Below, piece after piece: positions 8,981 to 19,225 of a DNA stretch of 64,000 nt (within the stretch, counting starts at the first letter, position 1; every line of letters starts with the position of its first letter). Source of the stretch: an uncultured delta proteobacterium (GTDB lineage: Bacteria; Desulfobacterota; Binatia; Binatales; Binataceae); assembly GCA_963794325.1 (NCBI GenBank), contig CAWCDG010000004.1, positions 1,312,001 to 1,376,000 of the forward strand, written 5' to 3'. A program made the translations under genes and the position numbers. Below the pieces are notes generated by a model. That model did no database searches. It was not told where the DNA came from and saw only the letters and a list, made by a program, of their open reading frames with translations.

Positions 8981-10270
8981 TCACGCGCTCACTTTCCGCA
9001 CCAGATCGATGCCGAATTGTTGCGAGGCGTTGCCGCCCAGCATTCTCGCGATCGTTGCGTCTTCCACGCGAGCTTCGGTCAACTTCTCAATCGCGTCCCA
9101 TGCGCTGGTCGTATCTTGATGCGGATAGCGCGAGCCCCACACAATCTTCTCGCCGAAATCTTCGGGGAGCTTGAGAATCAGCCGCTCCTCCGCGTCGAAG
9201 CCGAGCATGACCTTGCCCTCTTGCCACATCTCTTCGGTGTCGGTTCGCACGGGATAGTAGTGCAGCAGTGGAATCGTGCGGGTTGAGGCTTCCATCTTCT
9301 CGAGCACCTCTTCCATCCACGAAGCCTTGCCGTGCGCGACCACCATTTTCATGTTGGGATAACGCTGCATCACGGTGAATCCGATCAGCGTCGATGCGAC
9401 GAACATATGATTGTCGAGCCACGGCGCTATGATCTGCGCAATTGGATGGCCGAGTGGTGGTGAGGCGGTGAAACCGAAGGCAATGTCCGATCCACCGCCC
9501 GCGGCAGGTCCACCGCCTTCCGCGGTCGTGAACGAACGATGGTGCAGCCGAGTCTTTATCTTTTCGAAGAACGGACCGTGCGACGTCCACTCCGGATTCC
9601 ACATCCCCACCGCCGGATGCACCGCGCAGGTCGTGCCGAGGCTCTCAAGCTCCGCCCATAGGGGATCGTAAATCGGATGCGTGAAGTAGTGGCCTTCGAG
9701 AAACATTGGCCGGATGAACGCTGCGCGAAAACACGGGATATTCGCGGTGCGGCGAAGTTCCTCGACGGCGAAGTCGATGTTCTGCAGAGGAACCATCGAC
9801 GCGGCGAACAGCCGATCCGGCGCGAGCTTGCAGAAATCGGCGATCCAGTCGTTGTAAGCGCGCGCGAGTGCGTAAGCGACGTCGGGATCCTCTACCAGGT
9901 GGAAGCCCTCGGCGAACCAGGTTGGATAAAGCAGCGCCTGATCGATGCCCATCGCATCCATGTCGCGAAGGCGCGCCTCCGCGTTCGAGGCGCCCGCGGT
10001 CGCCGCGTGTCGAGTATCGGGATCGAGCTCGCCGATCTTGTCCCAGGTCATCCCGGGCTTCCAGATGGCGTGGCGCGGGATATTGGAATTCATCGTGTCG
10101 CGAAAGACCTTGCCGTTGACCTTCAGATAGGAGCCGAGCTTTCCCTCTTCACGCCACAGCGCAGATTTCCCTAACGTACGGAATTCCGGATTCAGGTACT
10201 TGCTCCACAACTCCGAAGGCTCGACGACGTGCGAGTCGCTGTCAAAAACCGCAAACCGCTTGTTCGCCAT
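8981..10270 (-). CDS. amidohydrolase_2 family protein with degenerate metal ligands
   Basis: DSDSHVVEP, MDAMGID, YNDWIADFC, YDPLW, VHP. Has GSRYPH in place of GSDYPH. Start ATG 10270. Confidence 0.85.
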   Translation of the reverse strand: MANKRFAVFDSDSHVVEPSELWSKYLNPEFRTLGKSALWREEGKLGSYLKVNGKVFRDTMNSNIPRHAIWKPGMTWDKIGELDPDTRHAATAGASNAEARLRDMDAMGIDQALLYPTWFAEGFHLVEDPDVAYALARAYNDWIADFCKLAPDRLFAASMVPLQNIDFAVEELRRTANIPCFRAAFIRPMFLEGHYFTHPIYDPLWAELESLGTTCAVHPAVGMWNPEWTSHGPFFEKIKTRLHHRSFTTAEGGGPAAGGGSDIAFGFTASPPLGHPIAQIIAPWLDNHMFVASTLIGFTVMQRYPNMKMVVAHGKASWMEEVLEKMEASTRTIPLLHYYPVRTDTEEMWQEGKVMLGFDAEERLILKLPEDFGEKIVWGSRYPHQDTTSAWDAIEKLTEARVEDATIARMLGGNASQQFGIDLVRKVSA

Positions 10271-10272
10271 GG

Positions 10273-11667
10273 TCAAACTCCGATGCGTCTGACCGCAGCG
10301 TCGGGCTTGAGCGACTGCTTGATCTCTTCCTCGGTCGGCCACCAGTCGGGACGCTCGATTTCAGTGACGCGATCAGCGATGAAGTTTTTAGGCGCGTCAA
10401 TCCTGTACAGCTTGCGCGCGTTGCCGCCGAGGAACTTGGCTTGATACGGCTCCGGCAGTTCGCATTTTCGCATCGTGTCGATCGCGCGCCACGCATCGTC
10501 GCCGTCGTGATGGTAAACGTCGGACGACCACGCCAGGATGTTTTCGTAAAATTCCGGCAGGCGTGACGGCGGCGCTTCGTCGCCCTCGAAGCCGGTGACG
10601 CAGCGCTCGAAGAATGTCTCGCTCGGCAGTTTCTTCAGCGGCCGCAGCCGTCTCTCGTTGCGATAGAGCTTATAGTTCTTGTCGCATTCGTCGAGGATGA
10701 AGCTGAGCCAGGTCGATGACGCTTCGAAGACCGCCGCCTTCAGTTTCGGAAAGCGATCGAAGAATCCCGACATCAGGACCATCACGACCCATAGCGACGC
10801 TTCCGCCTGGAAATCCTGCACATTGATCAGAAACGAATGCGGCAGGCCCGACGTCGTCGCGGTCAGCGAGATCAGTTCGGCGCCCGAGTGTTGCTCGGTG
10901 TAGCCCGGCGGCTTGAGCGATCCGAAGGCCGGAAACGGATGCATGCCGTACACGACGCCGGTCTCTTCCATCGCGCGCCACACGCGTTCGTACTTGGGTT
11001 GAATCGGATAATTCCCCATCGCATCGATCGGCCGCACCAGGCCAACGCGGCATCCCTTGTCAGCGACGCGATAAACTTCCTGCTCAGCGAACTTGGGGTC
11101 CTGCATCGGGAGCATCGCCGCGAAGTAGAGCCGATCGGGATTCTCCTGGCAGTACTCGTATGCCCATTCGTTGTACGCCTTGCACATCGCCTTGGCGCCG
11201 ACGGCGTTCAGCAGCCACGGGTACGTGTCGATGTCGGTCGGAATGATCATCACCTGATCGATCCCCTGCACATCCATGTCGCGCAGGCGCGGCTTGGGCT
11301 CGTAGGAACCCTTGTGATCGATATAGTCCGCCTGCTCCTTGGTAAGCGCGGTCTTGTGATTCAGATTGCGGACGTTGAGCGCGCGCTGGATATCGTGCTT
11401 GAGGCCTGGGCCGGCGAGCGACAGCACGTTCACCATTCCGGCCGATCCACCGATACGCTGTGAGCCGATTCCCGCACCGGCTTTGCCATTGACGATAAGC
11501 TGAGCCGACTCGGGATCGTACCAGATGGTATTTTTCAGGGCCTCGTACTCATCCTTGGTCAGCCAGTCTTTCGCGCGCTCCCAGAGCCACGGCGGCTCCG
11601 TCACGTGAGCATCGCAATCGAAGGTCGGGAAATTTTTGGTCATCGGCGCGAATTTCTGAATCGGCAT
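10273..11667 (-). CDS. amidohydrolase_2 family protein
   Basis: DCDAHVTEP, MDVQGID, YNEW, MHP, FEAS, SSDVYHHD, LGGNARKLY. Confidence 0.88.
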   Translation of the reverse strand: MPIQKFAPMTKNFPTFDCDAHVTEPPWLWERAKDWLTKDEYEALKNTIWYDPESAQLIVNGKAGAGIGSQRIGGSAGMVNVLSLAGPGLKHDIQRALNVRNLNHKTALTKEQADYIDHKGSYEPKPRLRDMDVQGIDQVMIIPTDIDTYPWLLNAVGAKAMCKAYNEWAYEYCQENPDRLYFAAMLPMQDPKFAEQEVYRVADKGCRVGLVRPIDAMGNYPIQPKYERVWRAMEETGVVYGMHPFPAFGSLKPPGYTEQHSGAELISLTATTSGLPHSFLINVQDFQAEASLWVVMVLMSGFFDRFPKLKAAVFEASSTWLSFILDECDKNYKLYRNERRLRPLKKLPSETFFERCVTGFEGDEAPPSRLPEFYENILAWSSDVYHHDGDDAWRAIDTMRKCELPEPYQAKFLGGNARKLYRIDAPKNFIADRVTEIERPDWWPTEEEIKQSLKPDAAVRRIGV

Positions 11668-11716
11668 GCCGCACCTCTGTCGTCGTGCAACGAATACTCA
11701 GTTCTTTAGCAAGTGA

Positions 11717-12715
11717 CTATTCAGTCTCGAGCCACGCTTCGGGCATCGTGATCGAGCCGTGACGCGCAAAGACCGCATCGATCTCTTTCATGTCCGCGTC
11801 GGAGATCGACCAGCCGAGCGCGCCGACGTTGTCATCGACCTCGCGCGGATTGCGGCATCCCACCAGCGCCGTGCTGATGACCGGATTCGAGAGCGTCCAG
11901 CGCAGCGCAAGTTGCGGGAGCGATTTGCCGTAGCGCTTCGCGATCGGCTTCAGATCCTCGACGGCCCGCAGGTTGTTGAGAAAGTGATCGGGACCGAAGA
12001 GATGCTGAGCCAGGTTGATGTTGCCGAGCTTGCCGCGGCGCGAGCGCCAGTCGCCCTTCTCGAACGCCGACTCCTCGCTGAGCGTGCCCGTAAGCAACCC
12101 GTAAGCGAGCGAGCCGTAGGCCATCACGCCGATGCCGTTTTCGCGGCAGTACGGAAAAATTTCCTTCTGCATTCGGCGATCGAACATGTTCCAGCAGTAC
12201 TGGACGACATCGACGCGCCGCGTGCGCGCGCATCGTTCGATTTCGCTCAGTTTGAAATTGGACAGGCCGACCGCTCTCACTTTGCCTTGCTTCACCAGCT
12301 CGTCGAGCGCCTGCATCGGCTCTTCGAACGGCGTTGCTCGATCGGGCCAGTGGATGAGGTAGACGTCGACGTAGTCGGTGTTGAGCGCCTTGAGGCTTTT
12401 ATCGATCGACTCGACGACGCGCTTGCGGGTGCTGTCGCGATAGTTGGGAGCATCGGGATAGCCGATGCCGAACTTGGTCGTGATGACAGCTTCCTTGCGT
12501 CGAGAGCCGAGCGCTTTCGCCAGCGATTTTTCCGACGCCCCGAAGCCGTACGCCTCTGCGGTATCGAAACAGTTGATCCCGAGATCGAGCGCGCGATTAA
12601 CGGCTTTAATGAATTCGGATTCCTCGATACTGCCGTAGCCGCCGCCAATCTCCCAGCATCCAAAGCCGACGGCGGAGATCTGAATCCCGGTCTGACCAAA
12701 TGGTCGGAGTTCCAT
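11717..12715 (-). CDS. aldo/keto reductase
   Basis: GFGCW, FDTAEAYG, TKFG, YLIHWPD, GLSN. Start ATG 12715. Confidence 0.92.
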   Translation of the reverse strand: MELRPFGQTGIQISAVGFGCWEIGGGYGSIEESEFIKAVNRALDLGINCFDTAEAYGFGASEKSLAKALGSRRKEAVITTKFGIGYPDAPNYRDSTRKRVVESIDKSLKALNTDYVDVYLIHWPDRATPFEEPMQALDELVKQGKVRAVGLSNFKLSEIERCARTRRVDVVQYCWNMFDRRMQKEIFPYCRENGIGVMAYGSLAYGLLTGTLSEESAFEKGDWRSRRGKLGNINLAQHLFGPDHFLNNLRAVEDLKPIAKRYGKSLPQLALRWTLSNPVISTALVGCRNPREVDDNVGALGWSISDADMKEIDAVFARHGSITMPEAWLETE

Positions 12716-12800
12716 ACGCTGCCCTCCGCATACCGATCGTTCAAGTACGCTAGATCCGAATGAAATTTTTTTCAATGAAGGAGTTCAGCCAACTATTGGT

Positions 12801-12830
12801 TTGACGTTTCGACGAAAGGTTCGATAGCCT
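12801..12830 (+). promoter_or_regulatory. putative sigma70 promoter for the TauD/deacylase genes
   Basis: TTGACG-N18-TAGCCT upstream of a GGAGG RBS and GTG 12875. Confidence 0.35.
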
Positions 12831-12874
12831 CTGTGCCTGGACGCCACAGCTTTGAAATCGATCGGAGGGCCCGC

Positions 12875-13768
12875 GTGACACGCTCATTCGACGTCAAACC
12901 TCTCGACGCGACATTCGGCGCGGTGGTGACCGGCGTTAAGCTCGCCGCACTCGACGACGCGACGTGGCACGACCTCTACGCCGCATGGCTGGAGTACGCG
13001 CTGCTCATTTTCCCCGGCCAGCATCTCAGTCGTGATGAGCAGGTCGCCTTCGCCAAGCGGTTCGGAGCGCTCGAGTTCAACCTGGCGGCGCTCAGCAACG
13101 TGAATGCCGACGGCACGCTAATCGTTGACCCGGACAACGACATCCTGAAAGTGCTCAAGGGCAACATGGGATGGCATTGCGACAGCACTTACATGCCGGT
13201 GCAGGCCAAGGGCGCGGTGTTCACCGCCGAGATCGTGCCGAACGTTGGCGGCGCGACCGGATGGGCCGACATGCGGGCCGCCTACGATGCGCTCGATGAC
13301 AATCTGCGGGCGAAAGTAGAGAGCCTCGCAGCCCACCACTCGCTTTATTACAGCCAGTCGAAGCTTGGGCATCAGCCGAAGTCCGGCAGCGCGTACAGCG
13401 GCTACGGCTTCCACGACGGCCCCGTGCCCCTGCGTCCGTTGGTCAAGGTCCATCCTGAGACCGGCAGAAAATCGCTCGTGATAGGTCGCCACGCGCACAA
13501 TATTCCGGACATGGACCCGGCCGAGTCCGAGCGGTTCCTGCAAGAGTTAGTGGACTTCGCCTGTCGCCCGCCGCGCATCTATCATCATAACTGGACGCCC
13601 GGAGACGCGGTCGTGTGGGACAATCGATGCCTTCTGCACAGGGGCATGCCGTGGGACATGAGCATTCCTCGAGTGATGTGGCACAGCCGTATTGCCGGTG
13701 ACCCCGTGAGCGAGGCCGCTATAAATTATCCCGCTGACCAAAATGGCGGCGACAAATCTTTAGCCTGA
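12875..13768 (+). CDS. TauD/TfdA family Fe(II)/2-oxoglutarate dioxygenase
   Basis: WHCDST (HxD), GGAT.WAD, WDNR..LH. GTG start after GGAGG. Confidence 0.92.
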   Translation: MTRSFDVKPLDATFGAVVTGVKLAALDDATWHDLYAAWLEYALLIFPGQHLSRDEQVAFAKRFGALEFNLAALSNVNADGTLIVDPDNDILKVLKGNMGWHCDSTYMPVQAKGAVFTAEIVPNVGGATGWADMRAAYDALDDNLRAKVESLAAHHSLYYSQSKLGHQPKSGSAYSGYGFHDGPVPLRPLVKVHPETGRKSLVIGRHAHNIPDMDPAESERFLQELVDFACRPPRIYHHNWTPGDAVVWDNRCLLHRGMPWDMSIPRVMWHSRIAGDPVSEAAINYPADQNGGDKSLA

Positions 13769-13793
13769 GCGCGCGCCAGAAAAGGAGTGAACC

Positions 13794-15500
13794 ATGTACG
13801 ACCTGATAATCCGTAACGGAACGATCGTCGATGGAAGCGGGATGCCACGATACAGGGGCGATGTCGGGATTGAAGGCGGCAAGATCGCGGCAATCGGGAA
13901 AATCCGCGAGAGCGCGCGCGAAACGCTCGATGCGGACGGGCATATCGTGTCGCCCGGCCTCGTCGATGCGCACACGCACATGGACGCGCAGGTTTTCTGG
14001 GACGCGCTGGGAACCTGCTCGTGCTGGCACGGCGTCACCTCAGTGGTGATGGGCAACTGCGGATTCTCACTCGCGCCGTGCAGTGAGAAGGACAAATTGC
14101 TCGTCATGCGGAATCTGGAGCGGGCCGAAGATATCTCGCCGGAAGCGATGCAGGCGGGAATCAAATGGTCCTGGACCACCTTTGCGCAATATCTGGACGC
14201 GGTTGATCAACTGCCAAAGGGCATCAACTACGCCGCCTACATGGGGCACTCTGCGCTCCGCACCTACGTGATGGGCGAGCGCGCTTTCGACGAAGAAGCA
14301 ACGACCGAAGACCTTCAGCTCATGCGCGAGGAATTGCGCGACGGCATTCGAGCAGGCGCGATCGGGTTCACTACTTCGCGCACGAGCAATCATCAGACGC
14401 CCGACGGGCGGCCGGTAGCGAGCAGAATCGCCAACTGGGACGAAGTACGGCAACTGGTCGGAGTGATGGGCGAGCTGGGTGCCGGCATTTTCGAGATCGC
14501 CGGTGAAAATACTGGTTTCGAGGGTTCGCGTCTCGATGATTACCTCGGCCGTCTAAAGGCGCTTGCGGTTGAGAGCTCAGTGCCGGTGACCTTCGGGATG
14601 TTCAGCTCGCGCAGGGCGCCCGACTATTGGCGCCGATATTTCGAAACCGCCGACGAGACTGCTGCGGCGGGCGGTCGCATGTTCGTCCAGGTCCATAGCC
14701 GCTCACTCAACGTGTTGCTGTCGTTCGAGACCAACCTGCCGTTCGATCGAATTCCGGCGTGGCGCGAGATTCGCAAACTGCCGCTGGCAGAACAGGAAGC
14801 CGCGCTGCGCAATCCGGATATCCGTCGCAAGCTGGTGCAAGCCGCGAGCGAGCGATCGCCGGGCGAGGATCACCCAGTTGGTGCGGAAGCGCGCGGCGCG
14901 AACTACAACTGGATCTTCCCACTCGACCGGCCAACCCCGCCGTATCGATCGGTCGCCGAGATCGCGGCCGCTGAAGGCAAAGATCCAGTCGATGTAATGA
15001 TCGATCTCGCGCTGGAGAAAAATCTCAAGAAATTCTTCCTGCAGACCCTGGTCAACGAGAATCAGGATCACGTTCTGGAAATGATGAAGCATCCGCGGTC
15101 GGTGGTGACGTTCTCGGATTCGGGCGCCCACGTGTCGCAGATCATGGACTCATCGTTGCAGACCCACGTGCTGAGTCATTGGGTGCGGGAAAAGGAAGCG
15201 CTAACTCTCGAGCAGGCAATCCGCTTACTCAGCTTCGTGCCGGCCTATCACTGGGGACTGAAGGGACGCGGACTGCTGCGCGAAGGCAACTTTGCCGACG
15301 TGATCGTTTTCGATCCGGACCGGATCAATCCGCAGTTGCCGGAACTGACCTACGACCTGCCCGCCGGCGCACGCCGGCTCAAGCAGAAATCCGACGGACT
15401 GCTCGCGACAATCGTCAATGGGCAAGTCGTACTGCGAAACAACGAGCACACAGGAGCGTTGCCCGGAAAGTTACTCCGCGGCTCAATGGCGCAAGCGTAA
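13794..15500 (+). CDS. N-acyl-D-amino-acid deacylase-like amidohydrolase
   Basis: IRNGTIVDGSG, PGLVDAHTHMD, GNCGFS, SDSGAH, ADVIVFDP. AGGAG RBS. Confidence 0.88.
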   Translation: MYDLIIRNGTIVDGSGMPRYRGDVGIEGGKIAAIGKIRESARETLDADGHIVSPGLVDAHTHMDAQVFWDALGTCSCWHGVTSVVMGNCGFSLAPCSEKDKLLVMRNLERAEDISPEAMQAGIKWSWTTFAQYLDAVDQLPKGINYAAYMGHSALRTYVMGERAFDEEATTEDLQLMREELRDGIRAGAIGFTTSRTSNHQTPDGRPVASRIANWDEVRQLVGVMGELGAGIFEIAGENTGFEGSRLDDYLGRLKALAVESSVPVTFGMFSSRRAPDYWRRYFETADETAAAGGRMFVQVHSRSLNVLLSFETNLPFDRIPAWREIRKLPLAEQEAALRNPDIRRKLVQAASERSPGEDHPVGAEARGANYNWIFPLDRPTPPYRSVAEIAAAEGKDPVDVMIDLALEKNLKKFFLQTLVNENQDHVLEMMKHPRSVVTFSDSGAHVSQIMDSSLQTHVLSHWVREKEALTLEQAIRLLSFVPAYHWGLKGRGLLREGNFADVIVFDPDRINPQLPELTYDLPAGARRLKQKSDGLLATIVNGQVVLRNNEHTGALPGKLLRGSMAQA

Positions 15501-15558
15501 GCGAGTTTAACTGTCGGACGGTGATCGAGGTGCGATCGCCTCGATCGTCGCGATGAAG

Positions 15559-16194
15559 TTAGAAACCCATACGGCGCTCGCCTTCGGGAGCGTGCGGAGA
15601 GCAATGGAAGTGCCACATTTTCCAGACCGGGTTGGCCTGGTGATCCTCGCGGACGAACACCTCGGTGGTGCGAAACGGAATTCGCATCATAGTGCCTGGC
15701 CCGCTCAGCAACGCTGATTCGGAATCCGAACTCGGCAGCACCTTGACTGTGAAAGTCGACTCCGCCGTCAGAAATGCCATATCGCCGCGAATGATCAGCC
15801 TCACGTCGCGGGGCTCAGCCATCGCCGGCTCACCCGCGTCGCTCTCCGATAGCGGCGCCATCACGTGGCCGAGGTATTTCCAAAGCTGCACCCATTCGTC
15901 GATCGCGTGATAAGTGTGACCATTGAGGTTGAAGCCGTGAAACTTGTCGCCGCCGACAAATGCCTCGCACATCATATCGATGCTGAAATTGCGATTTGCA
16001 TCCCACCATTTCTTTGATACTGCGAGAATCTCTCTGCGATCCTTCTCAATATCGCGCAGCGGAGCGCGTGCCGCGGGTTTCGCGATCCTGCGAGATTTCG
16101 GCGGCTTTGAAGGTTTCGCGCGCTTTGCGACTCTCGGCGGTTTGGACGCTTTTGTCTTCCTTCGGAGCTTCGATGCCATGTTTTCTTCTCCCAA
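15559..16194 (-). CDS. SnoaL/NTF2-like protein with Lys/Arg/Pro-rich N-terminal tail
   Basis: C-terminal RTTEVF..WKMWHFHCS and IRGDMAFL pattern typical of SnoaL_3-like folds. Confidence 0.65.
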   Translation of the reverse strand: MGEENMASKLRRKTKASKPPRVAKRAKPSKPPKSRRIAKPAARAPLRDIEKDRREILAVSKKWWDANRNFSIDMMCEAFVGGDKFHGFNLNGHTYHAIDEWVQLWKYLGHVMAPLSESDAGEPAMAEPRDVRLIIRGDMAFLTAESTFTVKVLPSSDSESALLSGPGTMMRIPFRTTEVFVREDHQANPVWKMWHFHCSPHAPEGERRMGF

Positions 16195-16279
16195 CTGACG
16201 CCGGCTATCTCAACCAGGTCCAAGCGTCAGTATCGCACGCAGTCGGAATTTTGAGTAACCGTATTTTGGTCTCAGCCCT

Positions 16280-17656
16280 TCAGTGGGAAATCTCGAAGTT
16301 GAGACCCAGCTCCGGATTTTGTACTTGCCCACCGCATGCGCGCGCCAGCAGCGGTGTTACTTCCTCGGCGAAGTACTGCATCTGATCCTCGATTTCTTTG
16401 CTCTGGAAGCCGCCCTTCTCGAACCATGCATTGAACGCGAAATCCTCGTAGCCGCAGCTTTCCTTGATTCGCATAATCTGCGCGGTCACTTCCGAAGGCG
16501 TCCCGAACAGCGCGACTTCTTTTTTCAGCAGCAGTGCGGGATCGACTTTTTTCGACGGATCGAGCTTCTCCTCATCGGCATCCGCGAGCACCGAGGCAAA
16601 GCCGAACGGCCCGTAATAGTCCCACTGCACTTCGAGCGCTTCCTTGTAGCGTTTCAGTTCGCGTTCGCGATCGTGGCCGGGAAGGACCATATGAATGTAG
16701 CGCCCGGTTAGAACGCCGCGCCGCTTTTCCGCGTCCCATCCGTACTTAAGCCTTCCGCGACCGAGCCTATCCGGCCATCCGGCTTTCTCCGCTTCTCGAT
16801 AGAAGGTCTCGACGTTCTTCTTGAGCCGCGAGTTGGGCTCGACGATGAAATATCCGTTGAGCCCGCGCTCCGCCGCCCATTTGATCGATCGCTCGGTCGT
16901 CAGCGGCTCCCACATCTGTGGATGCGGCCGCTGAATCGGTTGAGGAAAGACTTGCAGCTCTTTGAGCACCGTCGAGCTCTGCATCACGGGATTAGCGCCG
17001 CCGTATGGATCGGGCGACCCGATGCTCAGCACTTCTTCGAGTTTGCGTCCCGCCTTGCCGGATTCGAAGTACGCGATCGTCTGCTGATGGTTCCATCGCG
17101 TGAACACTGGCGGAATCGTGAAGAACTGCCCATGATGCGAGAACGACGGCTGCGTCCACGCCTTCATGATGATCTCGTAAGCTTCCTGGTAGTACGCGCG
17201 ATTGCGCTCCTGGTCCTGGATCGTCGCGAACGGCCATCCGAAAACCTCGGCCTCGCGCGGCTGATAGCCACGGCCGATTCCGAACTCGAGGCGCCCGTTG
17301 CTGATCACGTCGAGCATTGCGGCCTGCTCCGCGATTCGAATCGGATGCCACCAGGTAACGATGTTGGCAGCCTGCCCCAGCCGAATCTGACGCGTGCGCG
17401 CTGCGATCGCGGTCTCCGCCAACAGCGGATTTGGACTGAACTCCGCGCCCTCGGGCTGGAAATGATGCTCGGTCATGAAGAAGTAGTTGAAGCCAAGCTT
17501 GTCGGCGAGGATTCCCTGCCGCACTTGCGCGATCAATCCGCGCTGGCTGGATTCGTGGACTTCGGCGAGATTGCCGTCGTTGATCGCGACTCCCGACGTG
17601 GTCCGCACCACCGGGAGATCGGACGCACCGTTATGAAAAACTCCTATTTCGATCAT
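16280..17656 (-). CDS. luciferase-like (LLM) flavin-dependent oxidoreductase
   Basis: TEHHFQPEG, HPIRIAEQAAMLD..SNGR, GRGYQ, PQPIQRPHP. Confidence 0.9.
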   Translation of the reverse strand: MIEIGVFHNGASDLPVVRTTSGVAINDGNLAEVHESSQRGLIAQVRQGILADKLGFNYFFMTEHHFQPEGAEFSPNPLLAETAIAARTRQIRLGQAANIVTWWHPIRIAEQAAMLDVISNGRLEFGIGRGYQPREAEVFGWPFATIQDQERNRAYYQEAYEIIMKAWTQPSFSHHGQFFTIPPVFTRWNHQQTIAYFESGKAGRKLEEVLSIGSPDPYGGANPVMQSSTVLKELQVFPQPIQRPHPQMWEPLTTERSIKWAAERGLNGYFIVEPNSRLKKNVETFYREAEKAGWPDRLGRGRLKYGWDAEKRRGVLTGRYIHMVLPGHDRERELKRYKEALEVQWDYYGPFGFASVLADADEEKLDPSKKVDPALLLKKEVALFGTPSEVTAQIMRIKESCGYEDFAFNAWFEKGGFQSKEIEDQMQYFAEEVTPLLARACGGQVQNPELGLNFEISH

Positions 17657-17683
17657 ATGCCCTCCGTGCCCGCTGCCGGTCGT

Positions 17684-18937
17684 CTAGTGCTGTACAGACG
17701 CCAATACGCCGCGGCGCCGCTCGAGTAGCAACTCGACATCGAACTTGAACATCCTCGCCGCATTGAGTCCGAGGATCTTCGCGCGCGTACCGTCACTGAG
17801 ATGACCCATCTCGCGCTCGATCGCTTCCGCCGAGTGCGGCCAGGTTCCTTCGGCGTGTGGATAGTCATTGGCCCACATGAAGTTGTCGACCAGCTTCCAT
17901 TTCTCCGCGAGCTCAAGCCCGGCGCGATCTTCCTGAAACGTCGCGGCCCCGTTGCTGCGGAAATATTCGCTGGGCAACCGCTTGAGCTTCGGATACGCCC
18001 ACAGATGATGCTTGCGATATGCCTCGTCCATCGCGTCGAGCGCCCACGGTACCCATCCGATGCCGCTCTCGACTGCGGCAAATCTGATCTTCGGAAATCT
18101 CTCGAGCACGCCGGAGCCGCACAGGCTCGCGACCGGCTCGATGGTAGGCGACAGCGAATGCGATACGTAATTGATCACCGCGCCGCCCTCCTTGCGCGCC
18201 ACGCGTGGATCGCGCCCGGTCGAGACATGGAACGTGATTGGCAAATCGCAATCTTCGATCGCCGCCCACATCGGATCGTACACGGTCAAATTGTAATTGG
18301 GATCGCGCGAGTCGTGGCCGCCGAAGACCGGCTTGCACGGAAGCGTCAGGAACCGGAACCCGATTTTCGCAACCCGCTTGATTTCCTCGATCGCCAGCGC
18401 AACCTCCGACGTCATGATGGCCGCAGCCGGTGACATGAAGTCGTTGTACTCGCCGTACATTTCCCAGGCGAAGTCGTTCCATACGCGGCACTGCGCCATC
18501 CCGAACGCCGCGTCCTTGGTAGCGAACATCATCAAGCCCTTGTTCGGGAAGATAATCTCCGCATCGATGCCGTCGCGGACCTGATCCTGAATTCGTTCTT
18601 TCGGATCTGCTCCCACCCGGCCGCGCAAGCGGTCCTCACTATTCTCGCGCGGAACGTCGCCAATCATGCGCGCACGAACGCGCGATTTGCCGACACCCTC
18701 AGCGATGAACCACTTCTCACCTTTGGCGTCGACTTCGACGTGCGGCAGACGGTCGCGAAATTTCAAATCGATCCGATCGCGCCACAAATTGCCGGGCTCG
18801 TTGGCATGGCAGTCCGCCGAGATCATCAGGTACTTGTCCGGATCCCCGGGTCTGGCAGTGCGTGGCCATCCTTGATGCCCGGGGGTCTCGACCCGATAGC
18901 GATTCTTCTCATCAACTTCGTAATGGGCTTGCTCCAT
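17684..18937 (-). CDS. amidohydrolase_2 family protein
   Basis: ISADCH, YDPMW, FHVSTG, VESGIGW, ANDYPHAEG (canonical ligands). Confidence 0.9.
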   Translation of the reverse strand: MEQAHYEVDEKNRYRVETPGHQGWPRTARPGDPDKYLMISADCHANEPGNLWRDRIDLKFRDRLPHVEVDAKGEKWFIAEGVGKSRVRARMIGDVPRENSEDRLRGRVGADPKERIQDQVRDGIDAEIIFPNKGLMMFATKDAAFGMAQCRVWNDFAWEMYGEYNDFMSPAAAIMTSEVALAIEEIKRVAKIGFRFLTLPCKPVFGGHDSRDPNYNLTVYDPMWAAIEDCDLPITFHVSTGRDPRVARKEGGAVINYVSHSLSPTIEPVASLCGSGVLERFPKIRFAAVESGIGWVPWALDAMDEAYRKHHLWAYPKLKRLPSEYFRSNGAATFQEDRAGLELAEKWKLVDNFMWANDYPHAEGTWPHSAEAIEREMGHLSDGTRAKILGLNAARMFKFDVELLLERRRGVLASVQH

Positions 18938-19006
18938 GGAAGACCTCGCACAGAGTTTTTGAAGAATTGGTTATCGACCTATGACGCTAGACGAGGACGC
19001 CCTTTG

Positions 19007-19024
19007 CGCGCAATCAATTGCGCG
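19007..19024. promoter_or_regulatory. perfect inverted repeat CGCGCAAT-CA-ATTGCGCG
   Basis: 8-bp arms, about 70 bp upstream of the 18937 start, in a divergent intergenic region. Confidence 0.3.
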
Positions 19025-19225
19025 GCTCGATTCGGTAGCGGATCGGCACTGTTTCGGCCCTCCGACGAACGTCGCGGCGATGTCATCTGTCGGCGACGCC
19101 AGCTCTATCCATTTGAGTTTTGAGAAGCCCCTGCACCTGGGTTCGACCGTGTCCGAGTCGGCGATGTCGGCAAGCGGCCGCTGATGATACAAGATTGCGT
19201 TGCTCTCAGGAGGCGTGGCGGATCT

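Noticed and set aside
11759-12763. 334-aa + strand ORF and similar long antisense ORFs (5814..6731, 16922..17728, 39833..40552)
   Set aside because: They lie opposite well-supported genes in high-GC DNA and show no motifs.
18971-19192. Small ORFs in the amidohydrolase/cyclase intergenic region
   Set aside because: No recognisable motif or convincing RBS.
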